Positions 42,434-52,154 of a stretch of DNA of 64,000 nt are shown one piece after another; the stretch's first letter is position 1; the number at the start of each line of letters is the position of its first letter. The position numbers were made by a program, and so were the translations under genes. Source of the stretch: Hydrogenothermaceae bacterium (GTDB lineage: Bacteria > Aquificota > Aquificia > Aquificales > Hydrogenothermaceae); NCBI GenBank assembly GCA_026418535.1, contig JAOABC010000005.1, positions 74,620 to 138,619 of the forward strand. The letters run 5' to 3'. The notes under the pieces were generated by a model. It was not told where the DNA came from. It was given only the letters and a program-made list of their open reading frames with translations, and ran no database searches.

Positions 42434-43453
42434 ATGGAAGTAAAAGAGAACTTAGAGGCAAAGAAGAAAGCTTTAGAGAGTGCCATACTCCAGATAGAGA
42501 AGAAGTATGGAAAAGGCTCTCTTATGACCCTGTCTTCCGAGGGAATAAAGAGTGTTGAAGTTATCCCCACTGGCTCTATAACACTTGATATAGCAACCGG
42601 AATAGGTGGTATTCCGAAAGGAAGAGTTATAGAGATCTACGGCCCAGAGTCTTCCGGAAAGACTACTCTAACTCTTCACATAATAGCCCAAGCTCAGAAG
42701 GTTGGGCGTAGAGCTGTGTTTATAGATGCAGAGCACGCTTTTGACCCTAAGTATGCTAAATCAATCGGGGTAAACTTAGATGAGCTCATAATCTCTCAAC
42801 CAGATTACGGTGAGCAAGCTATAGAGATAGCAGAAACATTGGTTCGGAGTAATGCAGTGGATGTGATAGTCATAGACTCTGTGGCAGCGTTGGTCCCAAA
42901 AGCAGAGATAGAGGGAGATATAGAAGATTCAAACGTAGGGCTACACGCAAGGCTCATGTCTAAGGCTATGAGGGTTTTGAAAGGTACAGTTAACAAAAGT
43001 AACACAGCTCTTATACTGATAAACCAGATAAGAGAGAAGGTTGGGGTTATGTTCGGCAATCCGGAAACTACTACCGGTGGAAGAGCTATAAAGTTCTTTG
43101 CTGATATGAGGATGGAAGTAAGGAAACAGGACATAAGGGAAGGTGGTGATAGGGTTGGAAGTAGAGTTAAAGTTAAGGTGGTAAAGAACAAACTCGCACC
43201 GCCGTTTAAAGAGGCAGAGTTTGATGTTATATACGGAGAGGGGATCTCTAAAGAGGGAGAGATACTAGATATAGGAGAAGAGCTCGGACTGATAAAGAAG
43301 AGCGGTGCTTGGTATTCCTACAAGTCTGAAGCTGGAGAAGAGATAAAGTTAGGACAGGGCAGAGAGAAAGCAAGGGAGTATCTGAAACATAACTCAGATT
43401 TTGTAAAGATGTTAGAAGAAAAGATAAAGGAGAGGTTTTTGAATGGAACTTGA
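42434..43453 (+). CDS. recA: Recombinase RecA
   Basis: Walker [18 protein letters not shown]2 loop region [23 protein letters not shown] at 42434 lies 10 nt after GGAGG. Confidence 0.96.
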   Translation: MEVKENLEAKKKALESAILQIEKKYGKGSLMTLSSEGIKSVEVIPTGSITLDIATGIGGIPKGRVIEIYGPESSGKTTLTLHIIAQAQKVGRRAVFIDAEHAFDPKYAKSIGVNLDELIISQPDYGEQAIEIAETLVRSNAVDVIVIDSVAALVPKAEIEGDIEDSNVGLHARLMSKAMRVLKGTVNKSNTALILINQIREKVGVMFGNPETTTGGRAIKFFADMRMEVRKQDIREGGDRVGSRVKVKVVKNKLAPPFKEAEFDVIYGEGISKEGEILDIGEELGLIKKSGAWYSYKSEAGEEIKLGQGREKAREYLKHNSDFVKMLEEKIKERFLNGT

Positions 43454-44555
43454 TGAAGTTTTGAAAAAAGGACTGTCATTAGGAGCTACAGACTTTCATC
43501 TAAAAGCCTTCTCTGTACCAAAGGCCAGAATACACGGTGATGTTGTTCCCGTAGAAGGTTTTGGCGTAATAAAACCAGAGCACATTATTGACTGGATAAA
43601 TAAGATTATAGGTTCTTCAGAAATAAAAAAACAGGAGCTATTGAAAAATGGAGAGGTGGATACCTCTTACTCTATTCAAGCTGTAAGTAGGTTCAGGGTT
43701 AATATATATAGGCAGAGAGGAAACTATGCTATAAATCTAAGAGCCTTAAAGACGGAGATACCAAAGTTTGAAATTCTGAATCTACCGGAGGTCTTAAAAA
43801 AGATAGCTCTAGAACCTAGGGGTTTAGTTTTGGTTACTGGTCCTACTGGTTCTGGTAAATCTACAACGATGGCTTCTATGTTAGACTACAGAAATGAAAA
43901 TGTTTCTGAGACCATAATAACGATAGAAGACCCTATAGAGTATGTGTACAGAGACAAGAAGTGCTACATAGTTCAAAGAGAAGTAGGGAGTGATACCATT
44001 TCCTTTGCTACAGGCCTAAGGGCAGCTCTCCGGGAAGATCCTGATGTTATAATGGTTGGAGAGATGAGAGACCTTGAAACAATCCAAACAGCTTTACGGG
44101 CAGCTGAAACTGGACACTTTGTTCTTTCAACTCTACATACACACGACGCAAAAGATACTATAAATAGAATAATAAACATGTTCCCTTCTGAAGAACAGAA
44201 CCATCTTAGGTTGATGTTGTCTGATGTTTTGAAAGCTATCGTATGTCAAAGGCTCATTCCCAGGAAAGATGAAAAAGGTGTTGTTCCAGCTATAGAAATA
44301 CTAATAAACACAGGAGCGATCCAAGAATGTATTAAGGACCCAGAAAAACTGTTCATGATTAGTGACTATATGGAGAAAGGTAAAAAGTTGTACGGCATGC
44401 AAACCTTTGACCAGGCTGTTATAGACCTCTATAACAATGGTATGATAACTTACGATAGTGCCCTTCTATATGCCACAAATCCTTCCGATGTTGAGTTGAA
44501 AATAAAAGGAATAACAGCTGGAGAAGATGAAGGTATGGGGTTTGAAAGTTTCTGA
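43443..44555 (+). CDS. pilT: Type IV pilus retraction ATPase PilT
   Basis: 370 aa. GATDFHL, Walker [28 protein letters not shown]. PilT-type C-terminus. Confidence 0.88.
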   Translation: MELDEVLKKGLSLGATDFHLKAFSVPKARIHGDVVPVEGFGVIKPEHIIDWINKIIGSSEIKKQELLKNGEVDTSYSIQAVSRFRVNIYRQRGNYAINLRALKTEIPKFEILNLPEVLKKIALEPRGLVLVTGPTGSGKSTTMASMLDYRNENVSETIITIEDPIEYVYRDKKCYIVQREVGSDTISFATGLRAALREDPDVIMVGEMRDLETIQTALRAAETGHFVLSTLHTHDAKDTINRIINMFPSEEQNHLRLMLSDVLKAIVCQRLIPRKDEKGVVPAIEILINTGAIQECIKDPEKLFMISDYMEKGKKLYGMQTFDQAVIDLYNNGMITYDSALLYATNPSDVELKIKGITAGEDEGMGFESF

Positions 44556-44968
44556 TGGATGTTAAGTCGTATGCATACTATCTCCTTACAAAGAAAGATT
44601 ACTTTGAAGAAGAGCTCCGGAGTAAATTGATTAGAAAAGGTTTCAAGGACTCTGAAGTAGAGTGTGTAATATCAGAGTTAAAGGAAAAAGGGATATTGAA
44701 CGATGAAAAGCTTCTACAGAGAGCGAAAGAAAGAGCTGTAATTAGAGGGGATAGTAAAGCCAAGTTTACCAGAAGACTCTACAGTAAGAGTGTTAGAAGG
44801 GTGGACCTATCCTTTGAGGAGGAGCTAGAGTCCGCATTAAACCTACTGGAAAGGTCCTTCCGGAGAGAAAAAACTTTCCAAGAAGTATTTAAATTCCTTA
44901 AAAATAGAGGGTTCAGCTACAGTGTGATACAGGAAGCTACAGAGCTTTTCCTTAAAGGGGAGAGATGA
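44555..44968 (+). CDS. recX: RecA regulator RecX
   Basis: 137 aa. Repeated three-helix pattern YAYYLLTKKDYFEEELRSKLIRKGF..VECVISELKEKGILNDEKL. Stop/start overlaps with pilT (TGATG) and ribF (ATGA). Confidence 0.72.
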   Translation: MDVKSYAYYLLTKKDYFEEELRSKLIRKGFKDSEVECVISELKEKGILNDEKLLQRAKERAVIRGDSKAKFTRRLYSKSVRRVDLSFEEELESALNLLERSFRREKTFQEVFKFLKNRGFSYSVIQEATELFLKGER

Positions 44969-45903
44969 GTCAGATACTGTCTCTTTACGACCTAAAGGTT
45001 GAGAATGATACTGTATGTACAATAGGGAACTTTGACGGTATCCATATAGGACACCAGAAGATACTTAACATACTAAGAGAAGAGTCTCAGAGATCAAGCA
45101 TATCTTCTGTAGTTGTAACGTTCTACCCTCATCCAAGAAAAGTTCTGTTTCCTCAGAATTTTAAGTGTTCTATTGTAAACTTGGAGACAAAGGTATACTT
45201 GCTAAAACAGTTTTCTGTTGATTATATCTTAACAGTAGACTTTAACGAGAAATTCTACAGTAAAACAGCAAAAGAGTTTATGGATTTCCTTAAAGAAAGG
45301 CTTAGATGTAGAGTGTTAATAGTTGGGAAGGACTGGAAGTTTGGCCAGAACAAGGAAGGAGATGTAGAGTTTGCAAAGGAGTATGGAGAGCAGATAGGTA
45401 TAGAAGTTAAAGGTATAGAAGACGTAGTACTAGAGGATGAGAGGATAAGTAGCACTAAGATCAGGGGTCTGTTGGCTGAAGGGAAAGTCAGAGAGGTGAG
45501 AGAGTTATTAGGGAGGAACTACTTCCTTAGGGAGAGGGTAGTGAGAGGAAACCAGATAGGAAGGAGTATAGGATTTCCTACGATAAATCTAAAACCTGGT
45601 GAAGACCTGTGTCTAAAGAAAGGTGTTTATGCTGGTTTTATCCAGATAGATGGTAAGGTCTATTCCGCTGTAATAAACTATGGATACAGACCCACAGTAG
45701 ACGGCAAAAGCCTATTTATGGAGGCTCATGTTATAGAGAGTTTCAAACAGGAGCTGAGTCAGGGTAGTTTCGTTAATGTCTACTTCTGTGAGTTTATAAG
45801 AGAGGAGTTAAAGTTTGAGAGTGTAGAGAAACTAAAAGAACAGATAGAGATGGATGTTGTAAAAAGTAGAGAGGTATTGTTTTATGCAGATTATCCTGTT
45901 TAA
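44965..45903 (+). CDS. ribF: Bifunctional riboflavin kinase / FMN adenylyltransferase
   Basis: GNFDGIHIGHQ, ISSTKIR, GFPTINL, EAH. Confidence 0.9.
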   Translation: MSQILSLYDLKVENDTVCTIGNFDGIHIGHQKILNILREESQRSSISSVVVTFYPHPRKVLFPQNFKCSIVNLETKVYLLKQFSVDYILTVDFNEKFYSKTAKEFMDFLKERLRCRVLIVGKDWKFGQNKEGDVEFAKEYGEQIGIEVKGIEDVVLEDERISSTKIRGLLAEGKVREVRELLGRNYFLRERVVRGNQIGRSIGFPTINLKPGEDLCLKKGVYAGFIQIDGKVYSAVINYGYRPTVDGKSLFMEAHVIESFKQELSQGSFVNVYFCEFIREELKFESVEKLKEQIEMDVVKSREVLFYADYPV

Positions 45904-48652
45904 TCTGTTATTTTTCCTCCTTTTATCAGGGAAATCTCTTTCCAACACACCTATAGAACTACAGCCAGTCTATATACCAGTGGAGATTGTAAACGTAAAG
46001 GTAGAGAAAAGGGAAACCATAACTCCTCCACCACAACTCCAGCCTTTCAGTTTTAAGCTACAACTGGATATAAAGAGCAAGGTATCCATCCTGATAGGTG
46101 GGATAGATGATCTTCCCTTTCTATCTATAGAGAAGCCAAAGTCTTACCTTGGTATACCACTATCCAATGCCCTACTATCAAGAGGAATGGACAACTTCAA
46201 CAACGGAAACTTGATCTTTGCAAAGTCTGACCTCCTTGAGTTCGTTAATAAGTACAAAGACTCTCCCTATCTCTATTATGCCTACTACCTCCTTGGGTAC
46301 ATAGAGTTTAAAAACTATAATCTTTCGGCTTCTTCTGAACACCTCCAGAAGAGCTGTACTCTGAACCCTACAAAAGAGGTCTGCCTATCTTTAGCTATAG
46401 TCAATCTTTTGAGTAAGAATTTTGATGGAAGTAAGAAAGCACTTAACTATATAGATGATAAGGATTTGGACAGAAGGTTCATGGAAGAGTCTATCTATAT
46501 TCTAGAAAAAAGAGATTTTGGAAAGTCTATTAGTGTAGATTGTGGAAAGGTAGACCTATCCATATCTGGATACTGTAGTTACCTGAAGAAGTACACCTAC
46601 TTTTTCCGAGGTGAGTATGAGAGAGTAATAAAAACACAGCTTACAGCAAAGACTCCTGCCTTACAAAGACAGGGGTTTGTGTTGGATGGGTTCTCCAACC
46701 ACTACCTTGGAAGGATAAGTCAAGCTTACAAAACTTTTGATTATTACCTTGAGAAGGTATCTTTATCCGATAGACTGTCCAACCTTGCCCTTTACGGTAA
46801 AGCCCTTTCAGACAACTCTTTACTAACACCCATAACACAAGTCTTACAGAGTAGAGATGAGGAGCTCTCCCAGGACCTGTACTTAAGGAAGGGAGAGGAA
46901 CTTTTAAAATCAGGAGACTATCTAAACGGCTTTCTACATCTTCAGACTGCTTTATACCTGTATCATAGTTATAAAGAGGATATCCTCCTTAACATAGCTG
47001 TTAGTATGTACAATATGAAGAATTATTCTTATGCCATGGGTATTCTCAAGGAGATGCCCTCTAAGAGAAAAGAGCCTGCTGTCCAGTTGTACGCTGGATA
47101 TACAGCGTATATGATGAGAGAGTTCTCTGAAGCTGAGAAATTTTTCAGTAGACTTACAGACCAAAGAGGCTTTGAGGAGGTCTCTTTAGAGTATCTATCA
47201 GATATATACCTTCAGACTAGAGATGACGAGAACTTCGTAGATACAGCCCTAAAACTCAGGCAGATAAACCCAGAGAAGGCCTACAACCTCCTTGGATGGT
47301 ACTTCTTCCAGAAAGGGGATTACGAAAAAGCGTTTAAATCTTTTAGAGACAGATATATGAAAGCAGTATCTGCTTACAATATAAACGACCTAAAGTCTGC
47401 CAAAGAGTTAATACAGGATAGTACAAACGAGAAGTCTACCCTACTCAAGGCGTACATACACCTAAAAGAGAACGACTTAGAGAAAGCCAGGTCTGTGTTG
47501 AAAACCTTAAAGGAAAGAGAGGGTAAATATTCTGAAGAAGCTTTCTACCTTTATGCTTACAGTTACTTTTCTGAAGGGAAGTTCGATATAGCTGTTTTAC
47601 ATTTTAAGGACTTTCTCCGGTTGTATGGTGGAAAGGATGATGAGATGGTGAAAAAAGCATTCCTGAGAGTAGCAGATTCTTACTACAACTTGGGAGAGTT
47701 TGATATTGCAAGGAGTCTTTACAGTGATTTCATATCAAGGTATTCAAACACTCAGGATGCTATAAACGCCTCATATAACCTACTTCTACTTGAGAGTAAG
47801 GAAGGCTCTGGAGATATAAAAACCTCTTTAGAGAAGTTTATAAGGAACTATCCAGATTATCCTATGGTTCCTCTCTTAAAGCTACAGTTAGCCCAGATTT
47901 ATACTCAACAGAACAATTACCTAGAAGCTGAGAGGATATACACAGAGGTAGTGGCTAAGAACACTAAAGAGTCAGAGATGGCTCTGTATCAACTTGCTAA
48001 CATGTTCCTAAAAAAGGGGGACTTAGAGAAAGCAAAAGAGAGCTGTCTTAGCTTTATAGGAAAGTACCCAAACTCTGACAACCTGTTTAATGTTAAGATG
48101 TTGTTGGCACAAATCTACCAGATGCAGGGAGACATAGATAACGCTTTACATACTTACTATCAGATCCAGGATAACGACCAGGTTAAATTTACAATAGCTC
48201 AACTACTGTTGAATAAAGGAGATTTTAACAGATCTCTAGAGTACCTTAGAGAGCTATACTCAAAATATCCAGACAAGAGGAATCTGTCTCTTTACATCGG
48301 AAAAGCCTACGTAGGTCTAGGTAAAGGAGAGGAAGCAGAGAGATACTTCCAGGAAGCCACAAAATCTGACAACCCAAAAGTAGCTGGAGAGAGTTATTAT
48401 AACCTCGGTCTGATCTACAAAGATAAGGATATGAACAAAGCATTGAACTACTTCTTGAACTCTATCTACATAAATCCGGAAGTTGATATAATAAATGTAA
48501 ATGCGAGGTTTGAGGCTTCTAGTATACTCCTGAGGGCAGAGAAGAGAAAGGAAGCCTCCTGTTTGCTGAGAGAGGTTTTAAAGTATAAAGATGATGAGAT
48601 AAAGCAGAAAGCAGAGAAAATCTTAAAGGACTTACCAAAATGTGTTTATTAG
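45884..48652 (+). CDS. Large secreted TPR-repeat protein (922 aa), function unknown
   Basis: Signal peptide MQIILFNLLFFLLLSGKSLS. TPR-like helical repeats throughout (e.g. YYNLGEFDIARSLYSDFISRYS, ALYQLANMFLKKGDLEKA). Confidence 0.75.
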   Translation: MQIILFNLLFFLLLSGKSLSNTPIELQPVYIPVEIVNVKVEKRETITPPPQLQPFSFKLQLDIKSKVSILIGGIDDLPFLSIEKPKSYLGIPLSNALLSRGMDNFNNGNLIFAKSDLLEFVNKYKDSPYLYYAYYLLGYIEFKNYNLSASSEHLQKSCTLNPTKEVCLSLAIVNLLSKNFDGSKKALNYIDDKDLDRRFMEESIYILEKRDFGKSISVDCGKVDLSISGYCSYLKKYTYFFRGEYERVIKTQLTAKTPALQRQGFVLDGFSNHYLGRISQAYKTFDYYLEKVSLSDRLSNLALYGKALSDNSLLTPITQVLQSRDEELSQDLYLRKGEELLKSGDYLNGFLHLQTALYLYHSYKEDILLNIAVSMYNMKNYSYAMGILKEMPSKRKEPAVQLYAGYTAYMMREFSEAEKFFSRLTDQRGFEEVSLEYLSDIYLQTRDDENFVDTALKLRQINPEKAYNLLGWYFFQKGDYEKAFKSFRDRYMKAVSAYNINDLKSAKELIQDSTNEKSTLLKAYIHLKENDLEKARSVLKTLKEREGKYSEEAFYLYAYSYFSEGKFDIAVLHFKDFLRLYGGKDDEMVKKAFLRVADSYYNLGEFDIARSLYSDFISRYSNTQDAINASYNLLLLESKEGSGDIKTSLEKFIRNYPDYPMVPLLKLQLAQIYTQQNNYLEAERIYTEVVAKNTKESEMALYQLANMFLKKGDLEKAKESCLSFIGKYPNSDNLFNVKMLLAQIYQMQGDIDNALHTYYQIQDNDQVKFTIAQLLLNKGDFNRSLEYLRELYSKYPDKRNLSLYIGKAYVGLGKGEEAERYFQEATKSDNPKVAGESYYNLGLIYKDKDMNKALNYFLNSIYINPEVDIINVNARFEASSILLRAEKRKEASCLLREVLKYKDDEIKQKAEKILKDLPKCVY

Positions 48653-48659
48653 GAGAGAG

Positions 48660-49151
48660 ATGGAGGAGTTTGTAGCTGTAGGTAAGGTTTACTCAACCTT
48701 TGGTGTGGATGGAAATTTGAAGGTAGAGCTGTTTTTAGATATTTACCTTCCGGAGGATGTGTTTTTAAAGATAAAGGATAGTTTTTTATCTCTGAAAGTT
48801 CAGGCTATGAACAGGAAGAAAGGTACTATAAAATTCAAGAACTACGATAGCTTGGAAAAAGCTAAAGAGTTATCAAACAGCCTTATATACATCCCTAAGA
48901 CCTTTTTACCAGCTACAGATGAAAATGAGTATTTCGTGTTTGAGCTAATAGACAGTGAAGTGTTCCAAGAAAAAAGGAAGATTGGAAAGATCGTAAAAGT
49001 GGACGATAGACTACCACAGGCAAGTTTAGTTATAGCCTGTGAAGACGGTAAGGAGAGATATCTACCTTTCATAAAGCAGTTTGTTGGGGAAGTGGACAGA
49101 GAAGGAAGAAAGGTCTATATAAACCCTCCGGAAGGCTGGTTTGAGCTTTAG
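48660..49151 (+). CDS. rimM: 16S rRNA processing protein RimM
   Basis: VAVGKVYSTFGVDGNLKV N-terminal PRC-barrel pattern. ATG at 48660 after AGGAG. Confidence 0.85.
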   Translation: MEEFVAVGKVYSTFGVDGNLKVELFLDIYLPEDVFLKIKDSFLSLKVQAMNRKKGTIKFKNYDSLEKAKELSNSLIYIPKTFLPATDENEYFVFELIDSEVFQEKRKIGKIVKVDDRLPQASLVIACEDGKERYLPFIKQFVGEVDREGRKVYINPPEGWFEL

Positions 49152-49174
49152 TTTGGAATAAATTTTAAAAAAGT

Positions 49175-50158
49175 TTGGAGGTTAGAGAGATTCTAAGGTT
49201 AGAAGTTCAAATACCAGTCCAAGCATTCTTCAGCGTAGTTGGTTCAAAGGATGAGAACCTAAAGTACTTTGAGGAAATATTTGACCTTACTATATTCGCC
49301 AGGGGAACTTCTATCATAGCATCTGGAAAAGAGGAGAATCTAGACAGATTCGAAGAGTTTATGGAGAAGATATCATCCTACTTTGAAGTAGGACATATCC
49401 TTTCAAGTCAGGATGTAAGAAACTTAGCTTTAGGGTACAAGTTAGAGAAGGAGAACGAAGAAAAGGCCATACAACCAGCTCCGGAGACTATACTTTTCTC
49501 CTATAGGAAAAAACCTATAATGGCGAAAACACCTTCTCAAAAGCTCTATGTGGAGACTATAAAGAATAACGACATAACTTTCGGTATAGGACCTGCAGGG
49601 ACAGGTAAAACATACCTTGCAATGGCAGTTGCTGTATCCTACCTAAAACAGAACAAGGTAAACCGGATAATCCTTACAAGACCAGCTGTAGAAGCTGGAG
49701 AAAAACTGGGATTCTTGCCAGGCTCCTTAGAAGAGAAAGTAGACCCATACCTAAGACCATTGTACGACGCCCTCTACGATATGGTAGACCCAGATAAGGT
49801 TGTAGATATGCTCGAGAAAAAGGTGATAGAGGTTGCTCCCCTTGCTTTTATGAGAGGAAGGACATTGAACGATGCTTTTATAATACTTGACGAAGCTCAG
49901 AACACCACAAGGGAACAGATGAAGATGCTTCTAACCCGTATAGGTTTCGGTTCTAAAGCTGTGATAACAGGAGATATAACCCAGATAGATTTACCTAAGG
50001 TATCCCAGTCTGGATTAATAGAAGCTATAAAAGTCCTTGAAGGAGTAAAGGGTATCGGGTTCGTAAGGTTCTCAGAAAAAGATGTAGTAAGACATCCGAT
50101 AGTTCAGAAAATAATAGAGGCTTATAACAGGTATGAAGAACAGAATACTGATAAATAA
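49175..50158 (+). CDS. phoH: PhoH-family ATPase (YbeZ-like)
   Basis: Walker A GPAGTGKTYLAMA, ILDEAQN, GDITQIDLP. Start codon uncertain (TTG 49175). Confidence 0.9.
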   Translation: MEVREILRLEVQIPVQAFFSVVGSKDENLKYFEEIFDLTIFARGTSIIASGKEENLDRFEEFMEKISSYFEVGHILSSQDVRNLALGYKLEKENEEKAIQPAPETILFSYRKKPIMAKTPSQKLYVETIKNNDITFGIGPAGTGKTYLAMAVAVSYLKQNKVNRIILTRPAVEAGEKLGFLPGSLEEKVDPYLRPLYDALYDMVDPDKVVDMLEKKVIEVAPLAFMRGRTLNDAFIILDEAQNTTREQMKMLLTRIGFGSKAVITGDITQIDLPKVSQSGLIEAIKVLEGVKGIGFVRFSEKDVVRHPIVQKIIEAYNRYEEQNTDK

Positions 50159-50576
50159 AGAAGTCTACGACAGAGATATAAAAAAAGATTTCTTAAAGAG
50201 GATAATCCAGGAGATACTACAGGAGTTAGCATTAAGTAATGTAGAGATAAGTATAACCATAACTGACAACAAGAGAATAAGAGATATTAACAGAGAATGG
50301 AGAGGAAAAGATAAACCCACTGATGTTCTCTCTTTTCCAATGGAAGAGACCATAGGTTACAGGTATAGACTGCTAGGAGATGTGATAATCTCGGCACCGT
50401 TCGCAAAAGAACAGGCCCAGAGCACAGAATACGCATACAAAGAGGAGGTCTTAAGACTTCTGATACATGGTATCCTCCATCTTTTAGGTTATGACCACGA
50501 AAAGTCAGAAGAGGATGAAAAAGAGATGTTTGAATTACAAGATAGGATATTCAACAAACTGAAAGATAGACTATGA
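50133..50576 (+). CDS. ybeY: rRNA maturation endoribonuclease YbeY
   Basis: TDVLSFP and zinc motif HGILHLLGYDH. Confidence 0.92.
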   Translation: MKNRILINKEVYDRDIKKDFLKRIIQEILQELALSNVEISITITDNKRIRDINREWRGKDKPTDVLSFPMEETIGYRYRLLGDVIISAPFAKEQAQSTEYAYKEEVLRLLIHGILHLLGYDHEKSEEDEKEMFELQDRIFNKLKDRL

Positions 50577-51586
50577 AACTCCTGTATAGGTATATCTCAA
50601 AACAGTTTGTAAAGAATTTTTTCATACTTATATTGATCTTTTCTATGGTTATACTCTCATCCCAGATGATACATCTACCAAAGTTCGTATACTCTATGAA
50701 CTTCTTTGATCTTATGAGAATACTACTTCTGTTAAATTTATCCTTTGCAAAGTTTACAGTTCTGTTTGGATTTTTTATAGCTTGGTTATTTGTTGGGATA
50801 AAGTTAAAGGAGAACAAAGAAGTATACGCCATATACAGTCTTGGAGTAGGAAAGGGAGAGCTACTCAAGCCTGTTGTCATCTGGAGTGTTATATTTTCAA
50901 TCTTGGCTCTTATGTTTTCTGTCACCTTATCACCGTATGCAAACAGAGAGAGAGTTAAATTCTTGACTACTAAGGTAAGGTCGTATCTACTCGATAGTCT
51001 ACAACAGAAGAGCTTCTCAAAAGTAAGTGAGAAGGTATACGTATACATAGACAAGAAAGAGGATAACAGGTTTGAGAAGATTATTCTCCAGAACAAGTCA
51101 AACAGCTTTCTAATTACAGCCAGGAGAGGAAGCTTCCAAGGAAACTACGTAATCCTTGAAGATGGTTACATCCAAATACCAACCGAGAATTCTTATCGTT
51201 TAATGAAGTTCAGTAGATACAGTTTTAGTTTAGATGTATCCTCCTTGAAGGAGGTTGCAGTAGAAGATCTAGAGACTTCAGAGGTTATAAAGAGGATTGG
51301 AGAGGGTTCTGTGAACACTAACAAGATGTTCTCTATACTGATAGATAGATTCTCTTTCTTTATACCTTTTATGTTTGTTGGATTTATAGGCTTTGTCTCT
51401 GGATTGTCTCTACAGAGGTCAAAAGAAGTACTCTTATCTTTAGTTGTATCTATAGGTATATTTTATATGCTAACAAACTATCTGTTTGTAAAGTTAACAG
51501 AGAAAGATATTTTGTTTGGATTCCTTTATCCGACTGTTCTCCTGGTAGGATTTTTAGGTGTCACATTTTATTTATTAAGAAAGTGA
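50573..51586 (+). CDS. LptF/LptG-family LPS export permease
   Basis: MKLLYRYISKQFVKNFF N-terminus. Multi-TM helices with a central periplasmic insert. 337 aa. Confidence 0.8.
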   Translation: MKLLYRYISKQFVKNFFILILIFSMVILSSQMIHLPKFVYSMNFFDLMRILLLLNLSFAKFTVLFGFFIAWLFVGIKLKENKEVYAIYSLGVGKGELLKPVVIWSVIFSILALMFSVTLSPYANRERVKFLTTKVRSYLLDSLQQKSFSKVSEKVYVYIDKKEDNRFEKIILQNKSNSFLITARRGSFQGNYVILEDGYIQIPTENSYRLMKFSRYSFSLDVSSLKEVAVEDLETSEVIKRIGEGSVNTNKMFSILIDRFSFFIPFMFVGFIGFVSGLSLQRSKEVLLSLVVSIGIFYMLTNYLFVKLTEKDILFGFLYPTVLLVGFLGVTFYLLRK

Positions 51587-51599
51587 CTTTAAATTTATC

Positions 51600-51608
51600 T
51601 GTTATAAT
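51600..51608 (+). promoter_or_regulatory. Extended -10 promoter element TGTTATAAT
   Basis: Perfect TGnTATAAT 28 nt upstream of the ATG at 51636. Confidence 0.4.
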
Positions 51609-51635
51609 GTTATTACTCTAATAAAAAGATTACCT

Positions 51636-52026
51636 ATGGAAACTGTTTTCTTGAGTAAGATACTTATATTCGATTTTCAGGATAAAGTTTTGGCTTTGAA
51701 ATAAGGTTCGATTTTGATGCTTCAGAAAAGTCAGTAGATTTTAATCTGTTAGTTAAAAAGCTGTACACTGTTTTACAGATATAGGCATGATGAAAAGTTT
51801 GGGTAGTAAGTCAGTTTTCATAAGTCTTACGACAGATGTGATCATATTTACGGACTTTACCTCTCTTCTTCCAAGAGAAACATCTGTAATAAAGGTACTT
51901 TCTAATCAGTTAAAATCCAAGAGTCTTATAGATAAGATAAAGGAGCTTAAGGTATATGGGTATAGATTCTGTCTATCAGGCATCTCAGTAGATGAGATAA
52001 ATACTACCCTAGCAGAATATATATAA
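51636..52026 (+). pseudogene. Decayed EAL-type (HDOD-associated class) c-di-GMP signalling gene fragment
   Basis: Three consecutive frames read METVFLSKILIFDFQDKV / LGFEIRFDFDASEKS...LVKKLYTVLQI / GMMKSLGSKSVFISLT...LLPRETSVIKVL...IKELKVYGYRFCLSGI. Together these resemble the N-terminal two-thirds of an EAL domain (FxARQPIFD..KVxGYELLFR ... FIN ... LP.E.VVLEILE ... LK..GY.IALDDF). There are at least two frame breaks, DDF is lost, and there is no C-terminal part. Confidence 0.5.
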
Positions 52027-52154
52027 GGTTAAGGAGGCAAGGGAGGTTTTAGAAGGTTTTATGTTGAATTATGCAGATATTGCTGGTAATCTATGGATGC
52101 TCTAAAGTGGAGTGAAGAGATGTTTTCAATACTTTATAAATAGGAGGAACAAAT

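Noticed and set aside
42805-43191. 128-aa minus-strand ORF inside recA.
   Set aside because: Antisense shadow of a highly conserved gene, with no start context.
50551-51096. 181-aa minus-strand ORF.
   Set aside because: It is entirely antisense to the well-supported LptF/G permease gene and ybeY 3' end. It is low-complexity, with no SD and no motifs, so I treat it as a shadow ORF.
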